Assembly: GCA_043805435.1 (NCBI GenBank)
Contig: JAZDHY010000092.1
Span: 6,668 to 70,667 of the forward strand
Reading direction: 5' to 3'
DNA length: 64,000 nucleotides
DNA from: a bacterium
GTDB lineage: Bacteria > Bacteroidota > Ignavibacteria > Ignavibacteriales > Melioribacteraceae
The position numbers and the translations under genes were made by a program. The notes beneath the pieces were generated by a model. The model had not been told where the DNA came from and searched no databases. It worked only from the letters and a program-made list of their open reading frames with translations. Below are positions 36,848 through 46,642 of the stretch, one piece after another (within the stretch, counting starts at the first letter, position 1; each line of letters begins with the position of its first letter).

Positions 36848-36884
36848 CTTATCAGTCCAAATTTATATAGTTAAAATAATTTTA

Positions 36885-38270
36885 TTACGAACAAATATCT
36901 TCAATATCTTTTATTGATTTTGGAATCGGTTTGCCTAATACACGTGCACCATTATTGGTAACAAGTATATCGTCTTCAATTCTAATACCGCCAAAATCAA
37001 AATGTTTTTCGGCTTCGGCATAATTAATAAAATCAACAAATTTCTTTTCTTTTTTCCAAGTTTTAATTAACTGCGGAATAAAATAAATTCCCGGTTCAAC
37101 AGTCATAACAAAACCAACTTCCAAAGGACGAGCCATACGCAGATATTTTAATCCAAATTGCTGGCTTCTTTCAACATCTTCGGTATAACCGACCAGAGAT
37201 TCGCCAAGGGCTTCCATATCGTGTACATCAAGACCTAACATATGGCCTAAACCATGTGGATAAAACATAGCATGTGCGCCAAGTTTAACGGCTTCAGCCG
37301 TATCGCCTTTCATTAAGCCAATTGCCTTTAATCCGTCAACAATAGTTCTTGCGGAATCAAAATGAACATCCCTGTATGGTCTGCCCGCTTTAATTGTTTT
37401 AATTGCCGTTTCGTTTGTATTAAGAACAATAGAATAAATATCTTTTTGAAATTCGGTAAACTTTCCGTTAACCGGAAAAGTACGTGTAATGTCGCTTGCG
37501 TAATGCTCTAACGATTCGGCACCGCTGTCAAGTAAAACAAGCTGTCCGGCCTGCATAATATTTTCATGAAAAGGATTATGCAGTCTTTCGCCGTTAACCG
37601 AAAATATGGAAGCAAACGAAGGGCCATGTCCTTTTGCATAAGTTTTAGCTTCAACAAAAGAATAAACATCTCGTTCACTAATACCCGGTTTTGTGTTTTT
37701 AAAAGCATAATCATACATATCGTAACTTATTTCAATAGCTTTTTCAATCTCCAAAACTTCAAGGTCACTTTTTATAGAACGTTGTTTAATAGCAGCTAAA
37801 ATAAATTCTTTAGAAGCATGCTTATTAATTAAATCATAATTAAGTGTTAAAAGTTCACTTAAATAAATAATATTTTCGGTTCTGTATTGCGGCAAATAAT
37901 GAAAAATTGAACCGTCTTTAAAAAGAGTTGTAACATATTTATTTAATTTTTCCGTTGGCAATATTTTATTAATGCCGCTTAACTCAGCTTTTTGCTCAAG
38001 CGTTAATTCGGGACCTGTCCAAACCAAATCGTCTAATGTTAAATCGGTACCAAAAAGCACTTCTTCGTTGTTATCAATATCAATAATGCCGAATAAACCT
38101 TCAAAATCCAACCCAAAATAATACAAAAACGTACTATCCTGGCGGAATTTATACGTATTTGCCGGATAGTTCATAGGTGATGCATTATTACCCGGTAATA
38201 AAACCACACCGCTTTTTAAAATTTCTTTAAGTTCATTTCTTCTTTTTGCGTAAACTTCAGAATTAAACAT
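36885..38270 (-). CDS. pepP: Xaa-Pro aminopeptidase (M24B)
   Basis: Motifs seen are 'LLDSGAE...YASDITRTFPV', 'HGLGHMLGLDVHD', 'VMTVEPGIY' and 'GGIRIEDDILV'. Confidence 0.9.
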   Translation of the reverse strand: MFNSEVYAKRRNELKEILKSGVVLLPGNNASPMNYPANTYKFRQDSTFLYYFGLDFEGLFGIIDIDNNEEVLFGTDLTLDDLVWTGPELTLEQKAELSGINKILPTEKLNKYVTTLFKDGSIFHYLPQYRTENIIYLSELLTLNYDLINKHASKEFILAAIKQRSIKSDLEVLEIEKAIEISYDMYDYAFKNTKPGISERDVYSFVEAKTYAKGHGPSFASIFSVNGERLHNPFHENIMQAGQLVLLDSGAESLEHYASDITRTFPVNGKFTEFQKDIYSIVLNTNETAIKTIKAGRPYRDVHFDSARTIVDGLKAIGLMKGDTAEAVKLGAHAMFYPHGLGHMLGLDVHDMEALGESLVGYTEDVERSQQFGLKYLRMARPLEVGFVMTVEPGIYFIPQLIKTWKKEKKFVDFINYAEAEKHFDFGGIRIEDDILVTNNGARVLGKPIPKSIKDIEDICS

Positions 38271-38404
38271 GTAACCTCCAAAAAATTAATCTTTAAATAT
38301 AAATAAAAATGCAAATAGATAATAGTTATTAGTTAATACATTAGTTTATTTATAAGATATTACTCAAACTGCAAATAATAATAACCAATCGGAATAATCT
38401 TTTT

Positions 38405-39016
38405 TGTAGCGCAAGTTTCAGCTAGCAGGCTTTAATATAATTAGTATTTCTTTCCAAAGTTTGCGAGATAAATCTCGCACTACAATTAGGCGTAATAGTA
38501 AAAAATGTAGCATTGTAGCGCAAGCTTCACAGACTGTGTTAAAACTGGGGAATAGTTGTAATAAAAAGGAACTCATCCTTCGACTCAGCAAACCCCGCTG
38601 AGTACACCGCCTTCTCTTAAAAATAGAAGGGGAGTGATTGTAAAAACATATTATACAATAACTTCCCGTTTAATATTTCCCCTCTCTTTTAAGAGAGGGG
38701 ATTAAGGGGTGAGTTCGGTTTTTTAATTTTCACACAGTCTGTTCAGCTCGCAGGCTTTAATATAATTAGTATTTCTTTCCAAAGTTTGCGAGATAAATCT
38801 CGCACTACAATTGGGCAAAATAGCAAAAAATGTAGCATTGTAGCGCAAGCTTCAGCTCGCAGGCTTTAATATAATTAGTATTTCTTTCCAAGGTTTGCGG
38901 GATAAATCTAGCACTACAATTGGGCAAAATAGCAAAAAATGTAGCATTGTAGCGCGAGCTTTAGCTCGCAGGCTTTAATATAATTAGTATTTCTTTCCAA
39001 AGTTTGCGAGATAAAT
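38405..39016. repeat. 109-bp tandem repeat, about 4.6 copies (copy 2 interrupted by a MITE)
   Basis: Units start at 38405, 38514, 38839 and 38948, and 38839 = 38514+109+216. Each unit carries the hairpins GCGAGAT-AA-ATCTCGC and GCGMAGCT-N2-AGCTCGC. There are no variable spacers. Confidence 0.92.
38530..38741. mobile_element. 212-bp MITE-like insertion with perfect 10-bp terminal inverted repeats and a 4-bp TTCA target duplication
   Basis: The TIRs are CAGACTGTGT (38530-38539) and ACACAGTCTG (38732-38741). TTCA occurs at 38526-38529 and 38742-38745. Removing the element plus one TTCA restores an exact 109-bp unit. Internal hairpins include CCCCTCTCTT/AAGAGAGGGG, and there is no ORF. Confidence 0.75.
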
Positions 39017-39055
39017 AAAGGATAATTTTACCCATTTAATAGAAACAAACATCCT

Positions 39056-40375
39056 TTACCCCTCTTTTACTCTCACATCATCTACAAAATGCAAAATAAT
39101 TAAACCAACTATAAAAAACGCACCTATTGTTAATATGGCAAAACGTTGACTGTTTGTACCGTAACTGACCAAACCAAAAACCAAAGGGCCTAAAATTGCT
39201 GAACTTTTACCAAAAAATGAAAAGAAACCAAAAAACTCGGTTTTCTTTTCGGGCGGAATCAACTGACTCATAAAACTGCGGCTTGTTGATTGTGTTGCAC
39301 CCATAACGCTACCGGCAAGCAGACCAACAAAATAAAATCCGTAACGCACTGCAGATTCCACACCAATTGAAAAAGTATTTGATATATATATAATTAAAAA
39401 GCTATTGTTGTAACTTGTTAAAAACGCAACAACTATTGTTAATACCCAAATTAATAACGAATAAACAATAGCCTTTTTTTGACCTATTGCATCCCCTAAT
39501 ATCCCAAAAACAATAGACCCCACAATTGCGGTTGTTTGTACAATAATAAAAAATATTATTAATTCCGTAAGTGAAAAATGAAGTGTGGTACTTGCATAAT
39601 TTCCCGAAAAATAAATAACAGTATTAACCCCTTCAATATAAAAGAAAAATGCAATTAAAAACATGGTTAGGTTTTTATAATATTTAAGATGAGTTATCGT
39701 ATTCCACACTCTTGAAAAACCTATACTTAAATAATTTACAGATGGCAGTTTTGTTTTACGGGTATCGTGTATAAATATAAAAAGAGGCAATGAAAACACT
39801 AAAAAGAATAAAGCAGCCATAGGAAAAGTTTCTTTTAACATATTAGCATTAATTAAGGGATACGCCAATGCCAAGGCTGCAAGAGAACCCAAATAACCCA
39901 TTGCAAAACCATACCCGCTTACCCTTCCATAATTTTTAGGAGTAGTAATTTCGGGTAAAAACGAATCGTAAAAAACCAACCCGGCTTCAAAACCAATATT
40001 TGCTAATATAAACAATAAAATTGCCCATAAAACAGATCCTTTATCCAAATAAAACAACAAAGCCGTTGAAATAATACATAACAAAGTAAAAAACAACAAA
40101 AATCGTTTTTTACCTGCGGAATGGTCGGCAATGGCACCTAATACTGGTGAAATTATTGCAGTAATAAGCATGGAAATACTTGTTCCGAAACTCCAATATA
40201 AATCGCCAATAGATTTACCATCGGCAATTACTTTTTTAAAATATACTGCAAATAAAAATGTAACTACAACAATTGAATACGATGTGTTGGCAAAATCGAA
40301 TAAAGTCCATACAAATATTTGGAACTTATTGTTCTTTTTGGAATCAGGCAGGCTTTTTGGGGAGTGTAATGTCAA
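39056..40375 (-). CDS. MFS transporter (UMF1/Atg22-like)
   Basis: 439 aa with 12 predicted TM segments and 'WTLFDFANTSY' near the N-terminus, which is typical of the UMF1 family. Confidence 0.75.
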   Translation of the reverse strand: MTLHSPKSLPDSKKNNKFQIFVWTLFDFANTSYSIVVVTFLFAVYFKKVIADGKSIGDLYWSFGTSISMLITAIISPVLGAIADHSAGKKRFLLFFTLLCIISTALLFYLDKGSVLWAILLFILANIGFEAGLVFYDSFLPEITTPKNYGRVSGYGFAMGYLGSLAALALAYPLINANMLKETFPMAALFFLVFSLPLFIFIHDTRKTKLPSVNYLSIGFSRVWNTITHLKYYKNLTMFLIAFFFYIEGVNTVIYFSGNYASTTLHFSLTELIIFFIIVQTTAIVGSIVFGILGDAIGQKKAIVYSLLIWVLTIVVAFLTSYNNSFLIIYISNTFSIGVESAVRYGFYFVGLLAGSVMGATQSTSRSFMSQLIPPEKKTEFFGFFSFFGKSSAILGPLVFGLVSYGTNSQRFAILTIGAFFIVGLIILHFVDDVRVKEG

Positions 40376-40823
40376 TCAATCCTCTACCAAATTTATTAAG
40401 TTTTCCGCTTGTTTTTAATTCATTTAAAACGGCATCTAAAATACCATTAATAAATTTGCCGCTTTTTTGTGTACTGTAATCTTTTGCAATTTCAATAACT
40501 TCATTAATTGATACTTTTGGCGGTATATCAGGAAAATATAACAACTCGCAAATACCAATACGAATAAGTAATTTATCAATTAATGCAATTCTATCCATTT
40601 CCCAATTTGCAACTCTGTCACTAATCATTTTATCCAAATCCGGAGCATAACGTGTTACTGTATTAATTAAATTTTTACAAAATAATCTATCGGCTGCCGA
40701 TTCAACATCAGACAATAAACCTTCCGTCAATAATTCAATTCTATCTTTATTCATTTCGTAAGCGTATAAAATTTGTAGCGATTTTTCTCTTAAAGCTCTT
40801 CTATTAATTTTTTTAGAATTCAT
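40344..40823 (-). CDS. nusB: Transcription antitermination factor NusB
   Basis: The sequence 'RRALREKSLQILYAYEM...' and 'VSINEVIEIAKDYS...SGKFINGILD' show the NusB pattern. Confidence 0.85.
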   Translation of the reverse strand: MNSKKINRRALREKSLQILYAYEMNKDRIELLTEGLLSDVESAADRLFCKNLINTVTRYAPDLDKMISDRVANWEMDRIALIDKLLIRIGICELLYFPDIPPKVSINEVIEIAKDYSTQKSGKFINGILDAVLNELKTSGKLNKFGRGLIDITLPKKPA

Positions 40824-40982
40824 TCTTATCCCTTAAATAACATATATTTTTAATATTTTCCTGAGATGGATTCAAAATCGGAAAAACTGATATTTTAAAC
40901 TTAACTAAAATAACATACAAGTCAAATTTAATTTATAACGTTTTGGTACATTTTTTTTGATGTGTGATAAACACTTTAACTT

Positions 40983-41009
40983 AATTCCCCCTTAAGGCAA
41001 GGGGGAATT
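40983..41009. terminator. Strong hairpin downstream of the Leu dehydrogenase gene
   Basis: The sequence is AATTCCCCCTT-AAGGC-AAGGGGGAATT. The T-run is on the plus strand only, so assigning it to the minus-strand gene is tentative. Confidence 0.4.
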
Positions 41010-41059
41010 TTTAAAAATAGTAATAGAACATATAAGATTCTAGTTAACAATCCCTGTAA

Positions 41060-42172
41060 TTATTTTTTAACCAACTCCCCTAGTCTTCCCGAATATTTTG
41101 AAGAACCGGAATAAAGTTTTCTAATACCGCCAATTTTTGCCAAACGTTCCTGCGCAATTTTCAGCGAGGCTTCATTTGAAGGAATACTTAATTCTTTTGA
41201 TGTACGTAACACTCTTTTTACAATTTCGTATATACTTTCGGCTTGTTTCATTGCTCTGTCTTGTCTATATCCTTCAATTTCATTTGCAACATTTATTAAT
41301 CCGCCTGCATTAATAACATAATCCGGTGCATATATTATACCTTTATTGTAAAGATCCATACCATGTTTTTCTTCATCTTCTAATTGATTATTTGCTCCCC
41401 CGGCTATAATTTCAGCTTTAATTTTAGGAATAGTCTCATCATTTAATATTCCGCCTAGTGCATTTGGTGAAAAAATATCACAATTTATTTCATAAATTTC
41501 TTCAGGTTTAACTACATGAGCTTTAACTGTTTCCAAAACTCTTTTAATTTTTTCGTCAACCAAATCAGTAATAAATAATTCAGCACCTTCGCTATATAAA
41601 TGTTCACACAAAAATCTGGATACTTGACCGGCACCTTGAATAGCAATTTTTCTGCCGCGTAAAGAGTCCGAACCCCATTTTTCATGAGCGCATGCCTTCA
41701 TGCCAACATAAACACTGTACGAAGTAACCGGAGCAGGATCTCCCGAACCGCCTAAGGCTTTAGAGATACCGGTAACATACTTTGTTTCCATCCTTACATA
41801 TTCCATATCTTTAACAGAAGTGCCAACATCCTCAGCAGTAATAAATCTACCGGAAAGACCATCAACAAACTTACCAAAAGTTCTGAAAAGTAATTCATCT
41901 TTCATAGTTGCCGAATCGCCAATTATAACAGCTTTGCCGCCGCCAAAATTTAAACCGGCTACCGCAGATTTGTATGTCATTGCCCGTGATAAACGCAAAA
42001 CGTCCTTGAGTGCAGCGTCCACACTTGAATAGTTCCACATTCTGGTTCCGCCAAGCGCAGGGCCCAATTTTGTGTCGTGAATTGCAATTATTGCTTTAAG
42101 TCCGGATTCCTTATTTGAACAAAAAACAACTTGTTCATGATCGTGCATTTCAATAGTTTCAAAAATTTCCAT
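41060..42172 (-). CDS. Leucine (Leu/Phe/Val) dehydrogenase
   Basis: The motifs 'LGPALGGTRMW.Y', 'GGGKAVIIGD' and the Rossmann 'IQGAGQVS' indicate the Glu/Leu/Phe/Val dehydrogenase family. The size (370 aa) is typical of LeuDH. Confidence 0.85.
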   Translation of the reverse strand: MEIFETIEMHDHEQVVFCSNKESGLKAIIAIHDTKLGPALGGTRMWNYSSVDAALKDVLRLSRAMTYKSAVAGLNFGGGKAVIIGDSATMKDELLFRTFGKFVDGLSGRFITAEDVGTSVKDMEYVRMETKYVTGISKALGGSGDPAPVTSYSVYVGMKACAHEKWGSDSLRGRKIAIQGAGQVSRFLCEHLYSEGAELFITDLVDEKIKRVLETVKAHVVKPEEIYEINCDIFSPNALGGILNDETIPKIKAEIIAGGANNQLEDEEKHGMDLYNKGIIYAPDYVINAGGLINVANEIEGYRQDRAMKQAESIYEIVKRVLRTSKELSIPSNEASLKIAQERLAKIGGIRKLYSGSSKYSGRLGELVKK

Positions 42173-42199
42173 CAGTAGTCTCCCGATTTAGTTGTTAAC

Positions 42200-43231
42200 T
42201 TATATAGCAAACAGCCAAAACAATATAAGTGCTATACTTTCTCTTATTCTGTAATATATTAATGTTTCAAATTTGTATTCATTTCCGCTTGAAATACCTT
42301 CTGCATTTACATTAAAGAATTTACAAATTTCCAGAACACGTTTCAAGTGAAATTGATCAGAAATTATAATTATTTTCTCAAATTCCCTCTTTTCTTGTAG
42401 TTCACTACGTATAAATTTAATTTGTTCGGTTGTTGTTGATGTTTTATTTTCAACAAGTATATCATTTTCGCTAACACCAAGTTTCCTTAAAAATCTATTA
42501 GCAGTTTCAGCTTCGGTTAATTCACCCGGTGCTTTACCGCCTGTAACCTGAATTTTATCAATTATCCCTTTATTATACAATTCAAAAGCTTTATAAATTC
42601 TTCCTTTTAATACAGGACTTGGTTGATTTTGTTTCCAAACAGCAGCACCCAAAATTACACCACAATCATATTTTTCCACTTTAATTTTTTCAGTATCAAT
42701 AGTATCAGTATATCCTGTTGTATATAAGTAAGCAAAAACTAATATCAAAGAAATTACAAATGTGCAAAACACAAACGCTTTTAAATATATAAAATAACCT
42801 TTTTTATATATTAATGAAACAACTACAAAAGCAAAATATATTGCAATACTAAAATTTACTACAAACAAAATACCCAAACTTGCTTTACGTATGGGATAAC
42901 CCCAAAAATATCCTTCTTTAATTGGGAAATTTGTTTTTGTTATTACCGCAATTAAAAATAATGGAACAAGCATTAAAATTGATACAATAATTAAAATAAC
43001 CGCATGTGTATTAAAAGAATCGGTTCGTTTAACATATACAAAAAATAAAGTTAAAATTGTTGAGCAAAACAGACTAATGACAAGTAAATTTCCAATTGTA
43101 ACAATTTTAAATTCATTTATCGGCAGTCTATTTAAATTATACTTAAAAACAAATAGCGCAAAATAGTTAATAATTAAAATACTTATTAAAAATAGAAAAC
43201 TTTTATAATTCCCTTCAATTTTATTTTTCAC
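42200..43231 (-). CDS. Membrane protein with C-terminal DUF218 (YdcF/ElyC/SanA-like) domain
   Basis: About 5 N-terminal TM helices are followed by 'CGVILGAAVW....PSPVLKGRI..A.ELY..G..DKI.VTGG'. Confidence 0.7.
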   Translation of the reverse strand: MKNKIEGNYKSFLFLISILIINYFALFVFKYNLNRLPINEFKIVTIGNLLVISLFCSTILTLFFVYVKRTDSFNTHAVILIIVSILMLVPLFLIAVITKTNFPIKEGYFWGYPIRKASLGILFVVNFSIAIYFAFVVVSLIYKKGYFIYLKAFVFCTFVISLILVFAYLYTTGYTDTIDTEKIKVEKYDCGVILGAAVWKQNQPSPVLKGRIYKAFELYNKGIIDKIQVTGGKAPGELTEAETANRFLRKLGVSENDILVENKTSTTTEQIKFIRSELQEKREFEKIIIISDQFHLKRVLEICKFFNVNAEGISSGNEYKFETLIYYRIRESIALILFWLFAI

Positions 43232-44046
43232 TCAACATCCATAATTGCCGGTAATAGATTAATAGTCTTATCCTTTATATTTTTTTTAACTTGTACACTA
43301 TTATCAAGTGAAAACGTGTTAATTAAATTTTCATCAATTAACACACTATCTGGTTTACCATCCATAATTATTTTCCCATCCTTAAATAAAACAACACGTG
43401 TTGAATAATAATTTGCCAAATTTAAATGATGCGTTATAATTACAATACTTAGATTTTCATTTATTCGTAAACTATCCAATAAACCAAATAAATAAATCTC
43501 ATTTTTAATATCTAAATGCGAATTGGGTTCATCTAACAGAATAATTTTAGGTTTTTGCACCAAAGCCCTGGCAATATAAGCGCGTTGTGCTTCACCGCCG
43601 GAAACTTCGTTAATCCCTTTATTTCTTAAATGATAAATTCCTACTTTGTTAAGCATTTCCAATACAATTTCTTTATCATTTTTATTTTCATATCCAAACA
43701 TATTAAGGTAAGGAGTACGCCCCATCATAACAATTTCGTAAACCGAAAAAGGATAAACGGAAAAAAACAATTGTGGTACATATGCAATTATTTTAGCTAA
43801 TTGATTAATTGAATATAATTTTTTGTCTTTTTCATTTATAAATATAGTACCTTCGTTCTGTTTTAATATACCGGCAATAATTTTTAGCAATGTAGATTTT
43901 CCGGAACCGTTTGCACCTAAAATGGAAATGAATTCTTTTTCAATAATTGAAAAATTAATACCTGACAAAGAAAATACTTCTTCTTTTTTTTTGCTGTAAT
44001 AGCTAAAATTTATATTTTTTATGTCTAAAATTTTCACAATACACAA
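43228..44046 (-). CDS. ABC transporter ATP-binding protein (FepC/BtuD-like)
   Basis: The motifs are 'GANGSGKSTLLK', 'VSGGEAQRAYIARAL' and 'ILLDEPNSHLD'. Confidence 0.88.
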   Translation of the reverse strand: MCIVKILDIKNINFSYYSKKKEEVFSLSGINFSIIEKEFISILGANGSGKSTLLKIIAGILKQNEGTIFINEKDKKLYSINQLAKIIAYVPQLFFSVYPFSVYEIVMMGRTPYLNMFGYENKNDKEIVLEMLNKVGIYHLRNKGINEVSGGEAQRAYIARALVQKPKIILLDEPNSHLDIKNEIYLFGLLDSLRINENLSIVIITHHLNLANYYSTRVVLFKDGKIIMDGKPDSVLIDENLINTFSLDNSVQVKKNIKDKTINLLPAIMDVE

Positions 44047-44119
44047 TATTTTTAAACTTATAATGTATAAAAAAGAATTTAGCTTTACAACAATGTATAT
44101 CTAAAATTTGCAAATATTG

Positions 44120-44890
44120 TTATCTTATTTTTTCGAATATTTCATTTAGTTTTTTATTATAAATATCTTTAATTAATTGTTCACTTTCCATTATCGGTTT
44201 AACTGCAACCAAGTCCATAACAGTACTTTTGTCAATATCACTAAAAAGTGTATTAACAGCTCCAATAAGCATATTTTTAATGCCTTTTTGAGCTTCAATT
44301 TCATCCAAACCAAAGGAAATACCCAATTCTTTTAATTTTTCTATTTGAAATTGAAAATACGTGGGTCCCATTGCAGTAACAATTGCATAAGCTTCTAATT
44401 TCGCCTCTTCTACTTCCGGTGCTTCACCAAAAATTTTCATAAACTCCAAAATTTTAATTTTTTCATCAGCCAATAAATTTGCAGAAAATGAAATAGGATT
44501 ATACCCTTCATTAATTATACTTGGAGCATTTGGTATTGTTCTTACTATCTTGGTATCATCACCTAATATTTCAAAAAAGTCTTTAATTTTAATTTTGGGT
44601 GCTAAAGCAATAATAATTTGATTATTATTTAAGCCTTCTTTAATTACAGATAAAACTTCTTTAATTTTGGGTGGATGCAAAGCTATAAAAATATATTCTG
44701 CTGTTACACATTCGCTTAAATCCTGTGCAATTTGTATATTTGGGTAATTTTCCTTTAATAGTTTCACTTGATTCTTTTCAATATCGTAAACTATTATATT
44801 TTCAAGCGTTATACCTTTGCGTTTTAGGCCTTCTAACATAATTTTTGTAATTCTACCTGCGCCGATAAAACTAACACTATAATTTTTCAT
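44120..44890 (-). CDS. proC: Pyrroline-5-carboxylate reductase family protein
   Basis: It has the Rossmann motif 'FIGAGRI', 'VRTIPNAPS' and the dimerisation-domain pattern 'AMGPTYFQF..E.L...G...GL'. Confidence 0.6.
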   Translation of the reverse strand: MKNYSVSFIGAGRITKIMLEGLKRKGITLENIIVYDIEKNQVKLLKENYPNIQIAQDLSECVTAEYIFIALHPPKIKEVLSVIKEGLNNNQIIIALAPKIKIKDFFEILGDDTKIVRTIPNAPSIINEGYNPISFSANLLADEKIKILEFMKIFGEAPEVEEAKLEAYAIVTAMGPTYFQFQIEKLKELGISFGLDEIEAQKGIKNMLIGAVNTLFSDIDKSTVMDLVAVKPIMESEQLIKDIYNKKLNEIFEKIR

Positions 44891-44916
44891 TTTACTCCTA
44901 TTTTAGCAATAAATCG

Positions 44917-44934
44917 TTTCGTTAATTAACGAAA
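44917..44934. promoter_or_regulatory. Perfect 18-bp palindrome TTTCGTTAATTAACGAAA upstream of the proC-like gene (candidate TetR operator)
   Basis: The palindrome has no mismatches. It lies 27-44 nt upstream of the ATG at 44890 and about 200 nt downstream of the TetR gene on the same strand. Confidence 0.45.
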
Positions 44935-45130
44935 TATAAATATCAAAGAAATAAATGTCAAATGAATTTTCTATATCCCTCTATTAATAAAGCGATTACA
45001 ATATCATAATATCTACTGAAAAATTTTGGATTATAATATGTTACATACATTAAACACCCCTCAGTGATGGAATTGTTATTGTTAAAGCAAAAATAATAAT
45101 TGAAAAACCCCGACTGCGAGAAATGATTTG

Positions 45131-45802
45131 TTATATTGGAATGGCCTCTATTTGATTATTATCACCACTTTTAAGAATTCCGTTAAAAAGAATTTTTAAT
45201 AAAAAATTTATCTCTTTTTCCGTATTAATATTTTGAGCACCTTTATACGTTAATAAAGCACGTATATAAGGGAAAACAAAAGAAGGATAAAAAAGTACTA
45301 ATGCTTCCGGATCAATATCAATCAACTCTCCGTTTTGAATACATTCTTTTATTTTTTCTTTATAAAGTGTATAAATTTCAAGGTCATATTTGCAGCAAAC
45401 AGATTGACATTTTTTGCCTCCAAGATTTAATGAATTTGTTCTTAAATGAACAAGAAATTCAAATTTGGAAGGGTTATTAATACAAAAATCAAAAATGTCA
45501 CGCGTAACCATTGTTACAATATCTTTAAAATCTTTGGCTTTTGCTAATACATCTTCCAACATTTTCAAGTGTCCAAGAAATATTTCGTCAACTATCCCTT
45601 TAAATATCTCTTCTTTACTTTCAAAATAATTATATATTGTCCCTTTTCCAAATTCCGAAGCTTCTGCAATTTCTTCCAAAGTAGTAGCATCATATCCTTT
45701 TTCAGCAAATAATTTTGTTGCCGCAAATGATATTTCGTTTTTCCTAAATATTTTTTCGCGCTCTTTTCTACTTAGATGAACGTCTTCATTTATATTATTC
45801 AT
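45131..45802 (-). CDS. TetR/AcrR-family transcriptional regulator
   Basis: The sequence 'AATKLFAEKGYDATTLEEIAEASEFGKGTIYNYFESKEEIF' is a canonical TetR_N HTH. Confidence 0.9.
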   Translation of the reverse strand: MNNINEDVHLSRKEREKIFRKNEISFAATKLFAEKGYDATTLEEIAEASEFGKGTIYNYFESKEEIFKGIVDEIFLGHLKMLEDVLAKAKDFKDIVTMVTRDIFDFCINNPSKFEFLVHLRTNSLNLGGKKCQSVCCKYDLEIYTLYKEKIKECIQNGELIDIDPEALVLFYPSFVFPYIRALLTYKGAQNINTEKEINFLLKILFNGILKSGDNNQIEAIPI

Positions 45803-45945
45803 TAAATTTCCTTATTAAACAAACTATGAATTTATAGTCACTTTACAAACGTACTATATAAGACAATGAATTTCAAGTCATTTTTGTAATGGTGGTTAAA
45901 TTATTATATTTTATAAGTTTAAGATAGATTTGAGGAATCTATAAA

Positions 45946-46620
45946 TTAATATTTTACAGTAATGGGCATTGTTAATTGAACGCTAACATATTTCCCTTTT
46001 TGTTTCCCCGGCTTAAATTTTGTTTGTCTAACAGCCTTCATAACAGCCTCATCACAACCATTGCCAATACCTTTTATTAAATTTACTTTTACAACATCAC
46101 CATACAAATTAATAAACGCTTTAACAAATACACGTCCTTGAATATTATTCTTTTTTGCGGATTCCGGAATTTTTACGCGGGCCTGAATTCCCTCAATTCC
46201 TCCAATCGGTTCAGGTTCCATTTCAACCCCAACTAAAAAAATAAATTCCTCTTGCGTTTTTTTTTCTTCTGTTATCGGTTTATTTGTTTTATTTGTTGGT
46301 GCAGATAATTGTTCGGATAAATCAACATCATCAATGACGGTTTCTTTAAGTTCTAGATCATCAAAATTATTACCTAAACTAGATTCTACCGGAATTATCA
46401 TTTTAGGAGGTGGAGGTGGGATATTATCTTGTTTTGTGCTTATTACATCCTCAAGATTTATAACTTCCTGATGTTCTATTGGTTTAAATGTTTTTGCTTT
46501 AAATTCAGGGAAATACTTAAAAGATAAAATAATTATTGTAAGAGATATAATTAAACTAATTTCAAAATATCTGTTATATTTTAATTTTAAATCTACTTTT
46601 GGATTTTTACGTAATGCCAA
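45946..46620 (-). CDS. tonB: Energy transducer TonB
   Basis: It has an N-terminal anchor, a Pro-rich 'PPPPPK' linker and a C-terminal TonB_C domain ('PEPIGG...GRVFVKAFI...G.V..V.LIKG.G.GCDEA...AV....F.PG'). Confidence 0.85.
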   Translation of the reverse strand: MALRKNPKVDLKLKYNRYFEISLIISLTIIILSFKYFPEFKAKTFKPIEHQEVINLEDVISTKQDNIPPPPPKMIIPVESSLGNNFDDLELKETVIDDVDLSEQLSAPTNKTNKPITEEKKTQEEFIFLVGVEMEPEPIGGIEGIQARVKIPESAKKNNIQGRVFVKAFINLYGDVVKVNLIKGIGNGCDEAVMKAVRQTKFKPGKQKGKYVSVQLTMPITVKY

Positions 46621-46642
46621 TTTATGCTCTCATTAATAAAAT

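Noticed and set aside
38405-39016. I considered whether the 109-bp repeat region could be a CRISPR array.
   Set aside because: The units are contiguous and essentially identical over all 109 bp. There are no unique spacers, the repeat length is far outside the 24-48 bp range, and no cas genes are in the window.
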